DNA of 64,000 bases, from contig JAVZHX010000001.1 of the NCBI GenBank assembly GCA_038871515.1, positions 397,638-461,637 on the forward strand, written 5' to 3'. How positions within the stretch are numbered: the stretch's first letter is position 1; the number at the start of each line of letters is the position of its first letter. Made by a program: the position numbers and the translations under genes. This document shows, one piece after another, positions 63,737 to 64,000 of the stretch. The notes beneath the pieces are model-generated. The model worked only from the letters and a program-made list of their open reading frames with translations. It did no database searches and had not been told where the DNA came from. This stretch comes from Candidatus Micrarchaeia archaeon (GTDB lineage Archaea; Micrarchaeota; Micrarchaeia; Burarchaeales; Fermentimicrarchaeaceae).

Positions 63737-63837
63737 GGGCCCGTAGCTCAGCGTGGCAGAGCGGCTGAAAGTTTGCCGAAGCTCTTAACTTCGCTGGCGA
63801 AACCAGTAGGTCGCGCGTTCAAATCGCGCCGGGCCCG
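63737..63837 (+). tRNA. probable tRNA-Lys(CUU) requiring removal of two insertions (63768-63780 and 63790-63803) flanking the anticodon loop
   Basis: Acceptor GGGCCCG/CGGGCCC, D arm GCTC-AGCGTGGCA-GAGC, T arm GCGCG-TTCAAAT-CGCGC. Excising 13 nt and 14 nt gives GCTGG-CTCTTAA-CCAGT plus variable AGGTC, a 74-nt canonical tRNA. Confidence 0.65.
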
Positions 63838-63851
63838 CTTCCGGTGGTTTT

Positions 63852-64000
63852 GTGGAGGTGACATTCCTAGGGACAAGAGGCTGGTATTCCAAAAAAGGGC
63901 AGACTTCCTGCGTGGTTCTTGAAACAAAAGAAGGAAACTACATACTTGACGCAGGGACAGGAATATACTGGGCTGATGAGTTTGTTAACTTTAATAAACC
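63852..64000 (+). CDS. metallo-beta-lactamase-fold protein, N-terminal fragment (3' end outside window)
   Basis: A GTG start gives VEVTFLGTRGWYSKKGQTSCVVLETKEGNYILDAGTG, typical of the MBL/RNase Z-like N-terminus. Open to the window edge. Confidence 0.5.
   Translation, partial: MEVTFLGTRGWYSKKGQTSCVVLETKEGNYILDAGTGIYWADEFVNFNK

Noticed and set aside
1-64000. CRISPR arrays, cas genes, rRNA genes
   Set aside because: No series of short regularly spaced direct repeats, no cas-like ORFs and no rRNA-like sequence were seen anywhere in the window.

Overview
This is an archaeal chromosomal window. Markers are a thermosome, family-B DNA polymerase, TFE, aTrm56, GTP-dependent dephospho-CoA kinase, a split transketolase, and four tRNA genes that all carry insertions. 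Dense packing with many 1-8 nt start/stop overlaps suggests an uncultivated, possibly DPANN-like lineage (inference).

Positions 1-39 kb are mostly housekeeping:
- a pentose-phosphate/RuMP/PRPP cluster (hxlB-prs-rpe-tktN-tktC-tal-prs)
- pyrBI, pyrE/K/D and purS/L/Q
- a PurD-like ligase interrupted by a 344-aa LAGLIDADG intein
- a RuvBL/TIP49-type ATPase, polB and rpiA

Positions 39-61.3 kb form an accessory island with no recognisable integrase, transposase or CRISPR-cas. It contains:
- AbrB/RelE, two COG1373-type ATPases, two MNT/HEPN pairs and AbiEi/AbiEii
- degraded RelE-like and DUF4258-like toxin genes
- a KaiC-like ATPase with a degenerate Walker A
- a Roadblock-FIST gene pair and twin geranylgeranyl-reductase-like genes
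- a twice-occurring cassette (unknown 144-151 aa protein, Lrp/AsnC-like regulator, class I SAM methyltransferase) associated with a putative PD-(D/E)xK nuclease gene

The nuclease gene is present as two 525-bp, 100 percent identical direct repeats 4 kb apart.

The most unusual sequence-level signals are:
- a sharp switch of strand composition at about 26.0-26.2 kb. The plus strand is G+T-rich to the left and C+A-rich to the right, regardless of gene orientation. The switch falls in an intergenic region with two perfect GTAACCATGGTTAC palindromes.
- non-canonical tRNA architectures: a tRNA-Lys that needs two excisions flanking the anticodon loop, an initiator tRNA with a D-loop insertion, and a tRNA-Arg with a 29/30-type insertion
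- the duplicated candidate cassette

Function calls rest on motif recognition by eye. No database searches were run.
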